The position numbers and the translations under genes were made by a program. 64,000 nt of DNA, from contig JBOHME010000003.1 in the NCBI GenBank assembly GCA_050729795.1, forward strand, positions 19,846 to 83,845. Reading direction: 5' to 3'. Shown piece by piece: positions 10,480 through 18,471 of the stretch (position 1 is its first letter; each line of letters starts with the position of its first letter). Below the pieces are notes generated by a model. That model had not been told where the DNA came from. It did no database searches and saw only the letters and a list, made by a program, of their open reading frames with translations. Source of the stretch: Stellaceae bacterium (GTDB lineage: Bacteria > Pseudomonadota > Alphaproteobacteria > ATCC43930 > CGMCC-115725).

Positions 10480-11219
10480 ATAGGGCGGCCGGACGGTGCG
10501 GCTCTGCGGTCATCTCCGTGGAGACCAAGGACGTCGAAGACCTCCCTAAGCTGGGCTTGGTTAGTTGAACGGTTCCGCCTCAACGGTATCCCACCTTCCT
10601 GGATCAATAGCTGATTCCCCTCTCTGGCTCCGTTCATATCATCATACAGAGCCACAAAAAGCGGCTTATTCATGCTAAGCGTGGAGTATCCAGCGTTTAG
10701 AGTACCACCTCTTTCCCTCGCTTCCAGAACGATGACCACCTCACTAAGCGCAACGATAACCTTATTTCGTTCCATTGCACGATCCGCCCTCCATATAGCC
10801 CTTCTTGGGAATTGGCTTAGCACGAGCACACGTTCCCAATCCCACGCTTCCACAATATTTTTCTTTATACGAAAATAGTCGATACCTTCAGGAAGAACCA
10901 CGATTGTCTTTCCGCCACCCTTCAACGCAGCATTGTGAGATGCCATGTCAACGCCTGGGGCATACCCGGAAACAACCGTCACACCAGCAGCGCTCAGTTG
11001 TGAGGCGCAGTCGGCAGCTATCTGAAGTCCGTACTCGCTTGCATTTCGAGAGCCGCAGAATCCAACAGCTTTTGCATTAACAAGATCGATATTACCTAGA
11101 TACCAAATTTCAGGGGAGACCAGTGCACCGAATACCGGGCGCAGGGACGGTGGATAAACCACGTCGTCGGAGGTTATGCGCCTCGGATCAGTCTTCATTG
11201 ATTGTCCGTGTTGCGCCAT
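10476..11219 (-). CDS. DprA/Smf-like Rossmann (SLOG superfamily) protein, short stand-alone form
   Basis: Matches the DprA core pattern over [62 protein letters not shown]...[28 protein letters not shown]. The alternative ATG at 11196-11198 gives an ATGA overlap with the upstream PRTase stop. There is no SAM or winged-helix extension. Confidence 0.8.
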   Translation of the reverse strand: MAQHGQSMKTDPRRITSDDVVYPPSLRPVFGALVSPEIWYLGNIDLVNAKAVGFCGSRNASEYGLQIAADCASQLSAAGVTVVSGYAPGVDMASHNAALKGGGKTIVVLPEGIDYFRIKKNIVEAWDWERVLVLSQFPRRAIWRADRAMERNKVIVALSEVVIVLEARERGGTLNAGYSTLSMNKPLFVALYDDMNGAREGNQLLIQEGGIPLRRNRSTNQAQLREVFDVLGLHGDDRRAAPSGRPI

Positions 11220-12206
11220 GTTTTGACGCAGAACAGCCCATTGACCTCAACCGCCCCTGCTCGATAGAGCTCAGATGCTAAGAAATTTGCGGTAATTCCG
11301 GATTGGTATTTGTCATCGATCAAGATGATCTTCTTGCCATCAACTCTGTTATCCACCGACAACCGCGCCGCTTCCAGCGCCGCCCACTTCTCGTCCACTG
11401 GAAGCGCCTTGATACTCTCCTTTTCAGCATTGAATTTCACCCAGGCCGCGAGATGTAACTTTCGGGATCTCTTGGCAACCAGCGCGGACAATTCTGTGGG
11501 CAGATCCCAACCCTTACTTGGCGACGGCGGAAACGCAGCAAACTGCATCACAGTCAGAATAAAAAGTAACGGTCGAAATTGCCCGAACACATGCGATCGC
11601 TAACCTATCGATCGCGGTCGCATCTCGTTTGGTCTTGGCGTTATGCTCGGCCAACCCTAATTCCGTATACGTGCGGTCGCTCGCAAAATTGTAATCGAGG
11701 GCAATGGAGAGGTCCAGCTTGTCCCGCAAAAAAATGAATTCTTTATGCCTATCTTGCCATTCGATGGCACGTCGAATCTCTGCTTCGTCCGTTAAGTAAC
11801 CGTATGGCCCATACGGCCCAAGGGACAGCATAATACCGGTGTCATGCCTGAATAGTAGGCCGAGGCTCTGCAACTGCAGGCTTACCATATATCGTCCATC
11901 TGGTCTTGGACACACAACGGGATGATCTAAAAATCTCCGGAGGGTCGGTTTGAGGATGCTAACTTGTTCAACGTCTTCCTTGGTAATTTTCTTACGTAGC
12001 GGGCGCACGAGATTCTCCGATGCAATGAAGGATACCAGTGGACGTCGGGTCAACCCAAGATCTGGTTGTCCGCTGACATATCCCCGATATTCTCCTAACT
12101 CCCTGTGAACGAAATTTAAAAGTGTGGATAACTCCCGCGGAAATCCTCCAGCGAGCGCGGTGGCTAATATTATATGAAGAACATACCGGGAATCAAGAAG
12201 TGCCTA
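10480..12206. other. AT-richer genomic islet (probable horizontally acquired insert) without integrase or transposase
   Basis: Hand counts of 60-nt lines give about 43-45% G+C (lines 10621 and 11701) against about 62% just outside (line 10381). Composition changes abruptly near 10.50 kb and 12.20 kb. Confidence 0.75.
11195..12053 (-). pseudogene. ComF-like phosphoribosyltransferase with unknown N-terminal domain, split by a 1-nt frameshift
   Basis: ORF 11514..12053 (TTG start) ends ...FYSDCDAVCCV-SAVAK*. ORF 11195..11590 in another frame continues PPSPSKGWDLP...GKKIILIDDKYQSGITANFLASELYRAGAVEV, which contains the PRPP-binding loop. Dropping one T of the TTT run (plus strand aaa, 11531-11533) restores D-A-V-C-C-V-P-P-S, the ComF-type motif. 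Confidence 0.7.
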
Positions 12207-12361
12207 TGGCGTGCGCCGGGGGGCTACGCCCACCATGGTAGTCGTCTGCCATGCGATGGGCTTGGGATTTCGGCATGGTCGGGCGACCGGCCGAACACTT
12301 TCATCGTTCGCCGAAGCTGCGTCCCCTATCCGTCGGTTGCCGGTACGGCTGGCTACGTAAA

Positions 12362-12376
12362 GCCCGCGCCGCGGGC
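12362..12376 (-). terminator. weak hairpin downstream of the 64-aa gene
   Basis: The minus strand reads GCCCGC-GGC-GCGGGC followed by TTTAC. The T-tract is short. Confidence 0.25.
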
Positions 12377-12384
12377 CGGGCGGA

Positions 12385-12579
12385 TTAATGCGCGTCCAAT
12401 TGGGTTTCGCGGACCATTCGCTCGTGTCCGTCGACGGTGTTCTTGACGCGGTACTGTGGCGTGCCGGCCTCGAGCGGAAGCAGGCGGACGATCGTGTAGC
12501 GGCCTCGGCTGGCCCGATCGACGCCCGGATCCGGCATGAATTGGACAGCCTGGCCGACGCGGAATTTGTGCTCTGACAT
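12385..12579 (-). CDS. hypothetical small protein (64 aa)
   Basis: Starts at MSEHKFRVGQAVQFMPDPG (ATG 12577-12579) inside ORF 12385..12630. Coding-like composition, no family recognised. Confidence 0.5.
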   Translation of the reverse strand: MSEHKFRVGQAVQFMPDPGVDRASRGRYTIVRLLPLEAGTPQYRVKNTVDGHERMVRETQLDAH

Positions 12580-12639
12580 CGCGACCTTCCAAAAGCGCGG
12601 CACGGGCGCCGCCACCGGCGCCGCCCGCACCCGGTTACG

Positions 12640-12846
12640 TTACGCGGCTTGGAGATCGACCGCCGAGGTCTTGCCCTGCTGGCCCCGTTCCAGCTGATAG
12701 CTGATCCGCTGGCCTTCGGTGAGATGGCCCAGACCCGAACGCTCGACGGCTGAGATATGGACAAACACGTCCTTTGAGCCGTCTTCGGGCTGGATGAATC
12801 CATAGCCCTTTTGTGTATTAAACCATTTCACGGTGCCGATCGTCAT
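12640..12846 (-). CDS. cspA: cold-shock protein (CspA family)
   Basis: RNP1 motif KGYGFI and RNP2 motif VFVHIS. 68 aa, with a long AT-richer leader upstream (12847 to about 13010). Confidence 0.95.
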   Translation of the reverse strand: MTIGTVKWFNTQKGYGFIQPEDGSKDVFVHISAVERSGLGHLTEGQRISYQLERGQQGKTSAVDLQAA

Positions 12847-13302
12847 CGAGCTTCCTTAAGAAAAATCCTGAATCGGCGCCCTCGCCGAGCCAGATCACAT
12901 TTCAATTTCGGGAGGCGCTGTTCGGCTTGCTCGAGGGCACACCGCATAGAACCGTGCCCAGATCGAAACACGACTTCCCTCATATGTGAGTTTGAGTGTC
13001 AATGGTCAAATGATTCTTTTCTGTTGCGCAGCCGGATCGCCCGCGCTGTCGGGCTGTGAGCGCTGCGCGACACCGGTCATCGCTGGCCAGGCTGGCTCTG
13101 CTGGTCGTGGTATTGCCCAACAGCAGCCGCCCCTCCTGCGCGATCACTGCTGCCGGTGCTCCCATCCTGCTCGACGGGAGCGCCGCCCGAGAACGACGGT
13201 GGTCTTGGCACCCCACCCTCACGCAAACGGACGGCTCGGCGACCGATGCCGATGCCCGGCGGCCTTCGACCGCCCTCGGCCGGGCGCTCGGATCAGCTCC
13301 GC

Positions 13303-14967
13303 TCACGCCTCGCCGTAATGGACACGGCGGAACTGGCGGGTCGGGATCAGATCGTCGATATGCACGTCCCACAGCGTGGCGCCGGGTTGCTGCTGGTGCT
13401 CGCTGAAGAGCTGCGCAAAGCGGCCGAGCTCGGTTACCCGGGCACCGTTGAGGCCAAAGCCGCGGGCGGTGGCGGCGAGATCGCCGCGGCCGTGCACGGC
13501 ATGGCTCGGGTCGCCGCCATGGGCGCGGAACTTGTGCGATTCGGCGCCATAGCCGCCATCGTTCAGGATCGCGATCAGCAATTTAAGACCGTGGCGGCGC
13601 ACCGTCTCCAATTCCTGGATGTGCTGATAGAGGCTGCCGTCGCCGTCGATCAGCAGGATCTTGTCGCTGCCGCGCGCGACCGCAACGCCGATCGCCGCCG
13701 ACAGCCCCGAGCCGATCGCGCCAAAATCGAGCGGCGTGTGGTACTTGCCGGCCGGCCGGCCCTTCAGCTGGGTCATGCCAAAGCCGAAGCAGTGCCCGCC
13801 GGCGACGATGATGTCCCAATCCTTGGGGATTGTCGCGTCGAGCTCGCGCACCACCGGGCGCGGATCGAGCGTGCCCGGCGTCGGCTGGTATTCCTTCGCA
13901 TCGGGCACATCGGCCGCGATCCGGTCGGCGACGGTGTTGCTGCGCCAGCCCGGCCGGCGGATGCCGCGCTCGACGAGCTGGCGGGTGATCGCCTCGGCGG
14001 TGGCGCGGGCGTCGGCGCGGATGTGCAGGTCGGCGGTCTTCAGCCCCTGCCATAGCCCCTTCGGGTTTACGTCGATCTGCACGACCTTGGCGTTCGGATA
14101 GAGATAGCCGCCCTCGGTCGTGTAATGGCCGAGCCCGGCGCCGGCAGCGATCACGAGGTCGCTCTCGGCAAAAAACTCGCGGGCGAGATCGCTCGAAAAG
14201 GTGCCGGCGATGTCGAGCGCAAACGGGTTGCCGTCGAACAGCCCCTTGCCGAGCAGCGTCGTCGCCAGCAACGCGCCGCTGTGCTCGGCCAAGGCTTCGA
14301 GCGCCGCCTTGGCGCCCGACCAGACGGCACCCCGGCCGCCGATCACGACCGGCCGCTCGGCCTCGGCGATCATCCCGGCGACCTCCTCGACCAGCGCCGG
14401 GTCGGGCATTGCCACCTGCCGGCGCGGCACCAGCCCGGTCGAGGGCGCGTAATCGGGCAGAAACGGAAACGCCTCCTGCTGCAGGTCGAGCGGCACACTC
14501 AATACCACCGGGCGGCGCTCGGCGCGGGCGACGTAAAACGCTTCGCGGACATCGTCGAGCGCCCGGTCGATCGTGCGGATCGGCACGAAATGGGCCCCGC
14601 TGGCGAGCGCCAGCGGCGCCTGATCGATCTCCTGCATGTACCAGGAGGCACCCACCGGGGCATCGCCGGCAAACACGACGACGGGCGCATTGCCGCGCGC
14701 CGCCATGACGAGTGCCGTCATGATCTGGGTGTAGCCGGGGCCGCAGGTGACCGCGGCGACGCCGACATTGCCCGAGGCGCGGGCATAGGCGTCGGCCATC
14801 GCCACCGCGCAATGCTCGTGCCGGGCATGGATCAGGCGCACGCCTTCGTTGTCGGCCATCGCCGCCGACCAGTACATGTTGGCATCGCCCATCAGCGTGA
14901 ACAGCGTGTTGACCCCCTCGGCGGCAAACGCCCGCGCTAAGACATCGCAAACCTTGTTGTCGCTCAT
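13303..14967 (-). CDS. thiamine pyrophosphate-dependent enzyme (acetolactate synthase-like family)
   Basis: Starts at MSDNKVCDVLARAFAAEGVNTLF (ATG 14965-14967). The TPP-binding motif is IDGDGSLYQH...ILNDGGYG. Confidence 0.85.
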   Translation of the reverse strand: MSDNKVCDVLARAFAAEGVNTLFTLMGDANMYWSAAMADNEGVRLIHARHEHCAVAMADAYARASGNVGVAAVTCGPGYTQIMTALVMAARGNAPVVVFAGDAPVGASWYMQEIDQAPLALASGAHFVPIRTIDRALDDVREAFYVARAERRPVVLSVPLDLQQEAFPFLPDYAPSTGLVPRRQVAMPDPALVEEVAGMIAEAERPVVIGGRGAVWSGAKAALEALAEHSGALLATTLLGKGLFDGNPFALDIAGTFSSDLAREFFAESDLVIAAGAGLGHYTTEGGYLYPNAKVVQIDVNPKGLWQGLKTADLHIRADARATAEAITRQLVERGIRRPGWRSNTVADRIAADVPDAKEYQPTPGTLDPRPVVRELDATIPKDWDIIVAGGHCFGFGMTQLKGRPAGKYHTPLDFGAIGSGLSAAIGVAVARGSDKILLIDGDGSLYQHIQELETVRRHGLKLLIAILNDGGYGAESHKFRAHGGDPSHAVHGRGDLAATARGFGLNGARVTELGRFAQLFSEHQQQPGATLWDVHIDDLIPTRQFRRVHYGEA

Positions 14968-15635
14968 TGGGTATTTCCTTTGGGGTTTTTTCCTTTGGCG
15001 AAAAACATCTGTCGCAACCAGCCGAGCAACGCCCGCCACAACAGCGCACCACCGTGCAATTCCGCGGCAGCCGGAACCGGCCGAACATCCGCGCCGGTGC
15101 CCTGAGCCTGCCGCAACGAGGACGCCGGATCGGCGGTGCCGGTAATGTCGGGGGCGGGCTCGGAAAGGGCGACCAGCGCCGCCCGCTCGGCGGCGAGGCG
15201 GGCGAGATTGCCGGCAAACTCGGCCAAGAGCGCCCGGGCGAGATGGACCCCGCCGGCATTGGCGAAAGTTTCAAGCGGGCCCGTGACCGTGAAATTGCCG
15301 TTGCAAGCAAGCGTCGTCGCCGCGGTCCCGCTCGTTTCGTTCGCCGTTACCACCCCCGACGCCACGGCCCGCGAGGCGCCGCGCCCATCGATGCCGCGAC
15401 CTTCGATTTTGCAGCACCGGGCGTCATCGTCATAAGCGAGCTTTGCTTCGCCGCGAAAGATCGCGACGGTCGGCCCGAACTTGACCCTGACCGTGCCCTG
15501 ATAGGCGCCGTCCTCGCCGGCAGCGGTGAGCGTCGCGCCCGGAATGCACGACGCGACCAGCGCCGGGTCGCGCAGCAATGGCCACACGGTCGCGGGCGGC
15601 GCTGCGATCGTGACCACTTCCTTCAGCGAGATCAT
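14964..15635 (-). CDS. SRPBCC-fold CoxG-like protein
   Basis: CoxG-like N-terminus (VTIAAPPATVWPLLRDPALVASCIPG) and a C-terminal amphipathic/hydrophobic tail. The stop overlaps the TPP-enzyme start as ATGA. Confidence 0.7.
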   Translation of the reverse strand: MISLKEVVTIAAPPATVWPLLRDPALVASCIPGATLTAAGEDGAYQGTVRVKFGPTVAIFRGEAKLAYDDDARCCKIEGRGIDGRGASRAVASGVVTANETSGTAATTLACNGNFTVTGPLETFANAGGVHLARALLAEFAGNLARLAAERAALVALSEPAPDITGTADPASSLRQAQGTGADVRPVPAAAELHGGALLWRALLGWLRQMFFAKGKNPKGNTQ

Positions 15636-15757
15636 GCCGGCAGGCTAATCGAGATCGGCGGGGCTTGTCGATCGTCGCGCTCGGGGGGGATCTGGTGCTT
15701 GACCGAGATTGCGCCGTGTAACACACTCGCCCCCACACTCATGGAGCATTATCCCCA

Positions 15758-16342
15758 ATGATCTTCTATCCAGAAGAAAGGATCGCCATATTCATCGATG
15801 GCGCGAACCTATACTCGGCAGCTAGAGGCCTCGCCTTCGATATCGATTACAAGCGTCTCCTCGATCTGTTCAGCACCAAGGGGCGGCTGATCCGCGCATT
15901 CTATTATACCGCGCTGATAGAAGACCAGGAATATTCACCAATACGGCCGCTCGTCGATTGGCTCGACTATAACGGCTACGCGATGGTCACCAAGCCGACC
16001 CGGGAGTTCACCGACGCGATGGGCCGGCGGCGGATCAAGGGCAACATGGATATCGAGCTGGCGATCGACATGCTCGAAATGGCGCAATATATCGATCACG
16101 CGATCCTGTTTTCCGGCGACGGCGATTTCCGCCGCCTGGTCGAGGCGGTGCAGCGCCGCGGGGTGCGCGTGTCGGTGGTCTCGACCATCCGCTCCTCGCC
16201 GCCGATGGTGTCGGACGATCTGCGCCGCCAAGCCGACAATTTCATCGAGCTGCAGGAGCTCGCGCCAAACATCATGCGCAATCATCCGGCCCGCGACGAC
16301 ATACAGCGGGGACGGCCGGGCGAGCCCGTGGACGAGGCGTGA
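15758..16342 (+). CDS. NYN-domain (LabA/DUF88-like) protein
   Basis: The pattern IAIFIDGANLY...GNMDIELAIDML...ILFSGDGDFRRLVEAVQRRGVRVSVV is typical of NYN/LabA ribonuclease-fold proteins. Confidence 0.8.
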   Translation: MIFYPEERIAIFIDGANLYSAARGLAFDIDYKRLLDLFSTKGRLIRAFYYTALIEDQEYSPIRPLVDWLDYNGYAMVTKPTREFTDAMGRRRIKGNMDIELAIDMLEMAQYIDHAILFSGDGDFRRLVEAVQRRGVRVSVVSTIRSSPPMVSDDLRRQADNFIELQELAPNIMRNHPARDDIQRGRPGEPVDEA

Positions 16343-16998
16343 GGTCTCCATCGGCACCGGACGATCTTATCCTGCCGGCTCGCGACTGCCCGCTCTGCCC
16401 GCGGCTCGCGGCCTTCCGCACGGCGCAGCAAAGCGCACACCCGGATTGGTTCAACGCGCCGGTGCCGCCATTTGGCGACCACCGTGCCGAATTGCTGATC
16501 GTCGGCCTGGCGCCGGGGCTGCGCGGCGCCAACCGGACCGGCCGACCGTTCACCGGCGACCATGCCGGCGGGCTCCTTTATGCGACGTTGAAGAAGTTCG
16601 CCCTCGCCGACGGCGATTACGATGCGCGCGCCGATGACGGTCTCACCCTGGTCCGGGCGCGCATCACCAATGCGGTGCGCTGCGTGCCGCCACAAAACCG
16701 GCCGGGGTCGGGCGAGATCGCCGCTTGCCGCGGGTTTCTCTCGGCCGAGATCGCAGCGCTGCCCGACCTGCGGGCGATGCTGGCCCTCGGCTCGATCGCC
16801 CACAACGCGGTGCTGGCGGCACAAGGCCTGCGCCGCGGGCGATATCCGTTTGGCCACGGTGCGCTCCATCTCCTGCCCGACGGCAAGCTTTTGGCCGACA
16901 GCTATCATTGCTCGCGGCTCAACACCAACACAGGCCGGCTGACCGCGGCGATGTTTGAGGCGGTGTTCGCAGCATTGCTCGACCGTCTCGCTCACTGA
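16339..16998 (+). CDS. uracil-DNA glycosylase superfamily protein (family 4/5 type)
   Basis: Motifs CPLCPRL, GLAPGLRGANRTGRPFTGD and HCSRLNTNTG. The GTG start overlaps the NYN gene stop (GTGA). Confidence 0.8.
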   Translation: MRSPSAPDDLILPARDCPLCPRLAAFRTAQQSAHPDWFNAPVPPFGDHRAELLIVGLAPGLRGANRTGRPFTGDHAGGLLYATLKKFALADGDYDARADDGLTLVRARITNAVRCVPPQNRPGSGEIAACRGFLSAEIAALPDLRAMLALGSIAHNAVLAAQGLRRGRYPFGHGALHLLPDGKLLADSYHCSRLNTNTGRLTAAMFEAVFAALLDRLAH

Positions 16999-17045
16999 GC
17001 TTGACCGGCGGGAGCCGCCGACGCGCGCAACCGGCGCAGCGACCC

Positions 17046-17100
17046 GCTCCCAGCGATGCGCTCCCAGCGATGCGCTCCCAGCGATGCGCTCCGTGCATGC
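17046..17100. repeat. 14-bp tandem repeat, 3 perfect copies plus 1 degenerate
   Basis: GCTCCCAGCGATGC occurs at 17046, 17060 and 17074, followed by GCTCCGTGCATGC. Intergenic, upstream of the cupredoxin-FTR1 pair. Confidence 0.9.
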
Positions 17101-17124
17101 CTCAGCGGCAAACATGCCGGCATT

Positions 17125-17141
17125 TTGCGATTGATTCGCAA
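17125..17141 (+). promoter_or_regulatory. palindromic operator candidate TTGCGA-TTGAT-TCGCAA upstream of the iron-uptake pair
   Basis: Perfect 6-bp arms about 60 nt upstream of the cupredoxin ATG. The position is compatible with a metal-responsive repressor site. The family is not assignable by eye. Confidence 0.3.
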
Positions 17142-17199
17142 GGCTAGCCCGGCGATGGTGCGAAGGGTTCGCATTTGCATGTCGTCGGAGGGGTTGTCG

Positions 17200-17523
17200 A
17201 TGCGCCGAATCGCCTGGGTCGCGGCATTTCTGGTCTTTATCGCGGGGCCTGCTCTCGCCGATCCACCGAGCTTCACCATCACTCTCAAAAGCGGCCAGTT
17301 TGTGCCGGGACAGCTGCAAATCCCGGCCAAGACCAAAGTCAAGCTCGTCGTGCACAACGAAAACTCGACACCCTCCGAATTCGAAAGCCACCAATTTCAT
17401 CGCGAAAAAGTCGTGCCGGCCGGCCAGCAAGTCGTCGTCTTTGTGGGACCGCTCGATCCGGGCACGTATGAGTTCTTTGATGATTTTCATCCGCAGACCC
17501 GCGGCCATCTGATCGTCAAGTAG
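17200..17523 (+). CDS. periplasmic cupredoxin-like protein associated with an FTR1 permease
   Basis: ATG at 17200 after GGAGGGG. Signal peptide MRRIAWVAAFLVFIAGPALA and a small beta-sandwich-like body ending GTYEFFDDFHPQTRGHLIV. Confidence 0.75.
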   Translation: MRRIAWVAAFLVFIAGPALADPPSFTITLKSGQFVPGQLQIPAKTKVKLVVHNENSTPSEFESHQFHREKVVPAGQQVVVFVGPLDPGTYEFFDDFHPQTRGHLIVK

Positions 17524-17534
17524 CGGGTGCGGAT

Positions 17535-18380
17535 ATGTTCGCGACGGCAATCATCGTCTTTCGCGAAGTCCTCGAAGCGGCGCTCGTCGTCGGCATCGTG
17601 CTGGCTGCGGCCCGCGGCGTGTCCGGACGGGGTCTCTGGGTGACCGCCGGAATCGCCGGAGGGGTTCTCGGTGCCGGGCTCGTCGCGGGCTGCGCCGGAG
17701 CGATCGCCGCGGCGGTCAACGGCGTCGGCCAGGAATTGTTCAACGCGGCAATCCTGTTCACCGCGGTCACGATGCTGGGCTGGCACAATGTGTGGATGAA
17801 CCGGCACGGGCGGGAATTGGCTTCTGCCGCGAGCGCGCTCGGCCAGGCGGTGGTAGGCGGCAGCCGGCCGCTCTACGCGCTGGCGCTCGTCGTCGGCATC
17901 GCGGTGCTGCGCGAAGGCTCGGAGATCGTGCTGTTTTTGTATGGCATCGCGATCGCCTCGGGTGCCAGCGGGCTCGCCATGCTGGCGGGCGGGATTGTCG
18001 GGCTGATCGCCGGTGTCGCGGTCGGTGCGGTGATCTATCTGGGCCTGCTGGCGGTGCCGCTGCGCCGGCTGTTCACGGTGACGAGTTGGCTGATCCTGCT
18101 CTTGGCGGCCGGCATGGCCTCACAGGGCGCGGCCTTTCTGATGCAGGCGAATCTGTTGCCGGCGCTCGGCAACGATGTGTGGAACACCTCCTGGCTATTG
18201 ACCGAAAACAGCATGCTCGGGCTGCTGCTGCACGTGCTGATCGGCTATTCGGCGGAGCCTGCCGGCATCCAGGTGGTGTTTTATCTCGCCACCATCCTGG
18301 TGATCGGCATCTTGATGCGATTGCTCGGACGCGCGCCGGCCGCCAAATCCGGTCGATCGGCGGCCCCGGCCTCGATCTGA
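17535..18380 (+). CDS. FTR1-family high-affinity iron permease
   Basis: Two RExxE motifs (FREVLEA and LREGSEI) in a multi-pass membrane protein. Confidence 0.88.
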   Translation: MFATAIIVFREVLEAALVVGIVLAAARGVSGRGLWVTAGIAGGVLGAGLVAGCAGAIAAAVNGVGQELFNAAILFTAVTMLGWHNVWMNRHGRELASAASALGQAVVGGSRPLYALALVVGIAVLREGSEIVLFLYGIAIASGASGLAMLAGGIVGLIAGVAVGAVIYLGLLAVPLRRLFTVTSWLILLLAAGMASQGAAFLMQANLLPALGNDVWNTSWLLTENSMLGLLLHVLIGYSAEPAGIQVVFYLATILVIGILMRLLGRAPAAKSGRSAAPASI

Positions 18381-18471
18381 CCCCGTCGGTTTCGCGGGAG
18401 CCGCGCTGCGCCGGCTGACACTGATCGACTTGGCGTCAGGCGGGGCGTTCGCTGCCACGACCAGAGGCTGC

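Noticed and set aside
10476-12053. Housekeeping natural-competence pair comFC/dprA
   Set aside because: Composition is foreign. The DprA-like product is only the Rossmann core (about 240 aa) without the usual flanking domains. The PRTase protein has a long unrelated N-terminal domain. The pair is squeezed between unrelated core genes. It is kept as a defence-type candidate instead, pending HMM confirmation.
12204-12803. 199-aa ORF in the same frame as the PRTase-gene N-terminus, separated only by one TAG (possible read-through giving a much longer protein)
   Set aside because: It lies in host-like GC-rich DNA, overlaps the real cspA and 64-aa genes in other frames, and has an Arg/Ser/Pro-rich translation. 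The shared frame is best explained by chance.
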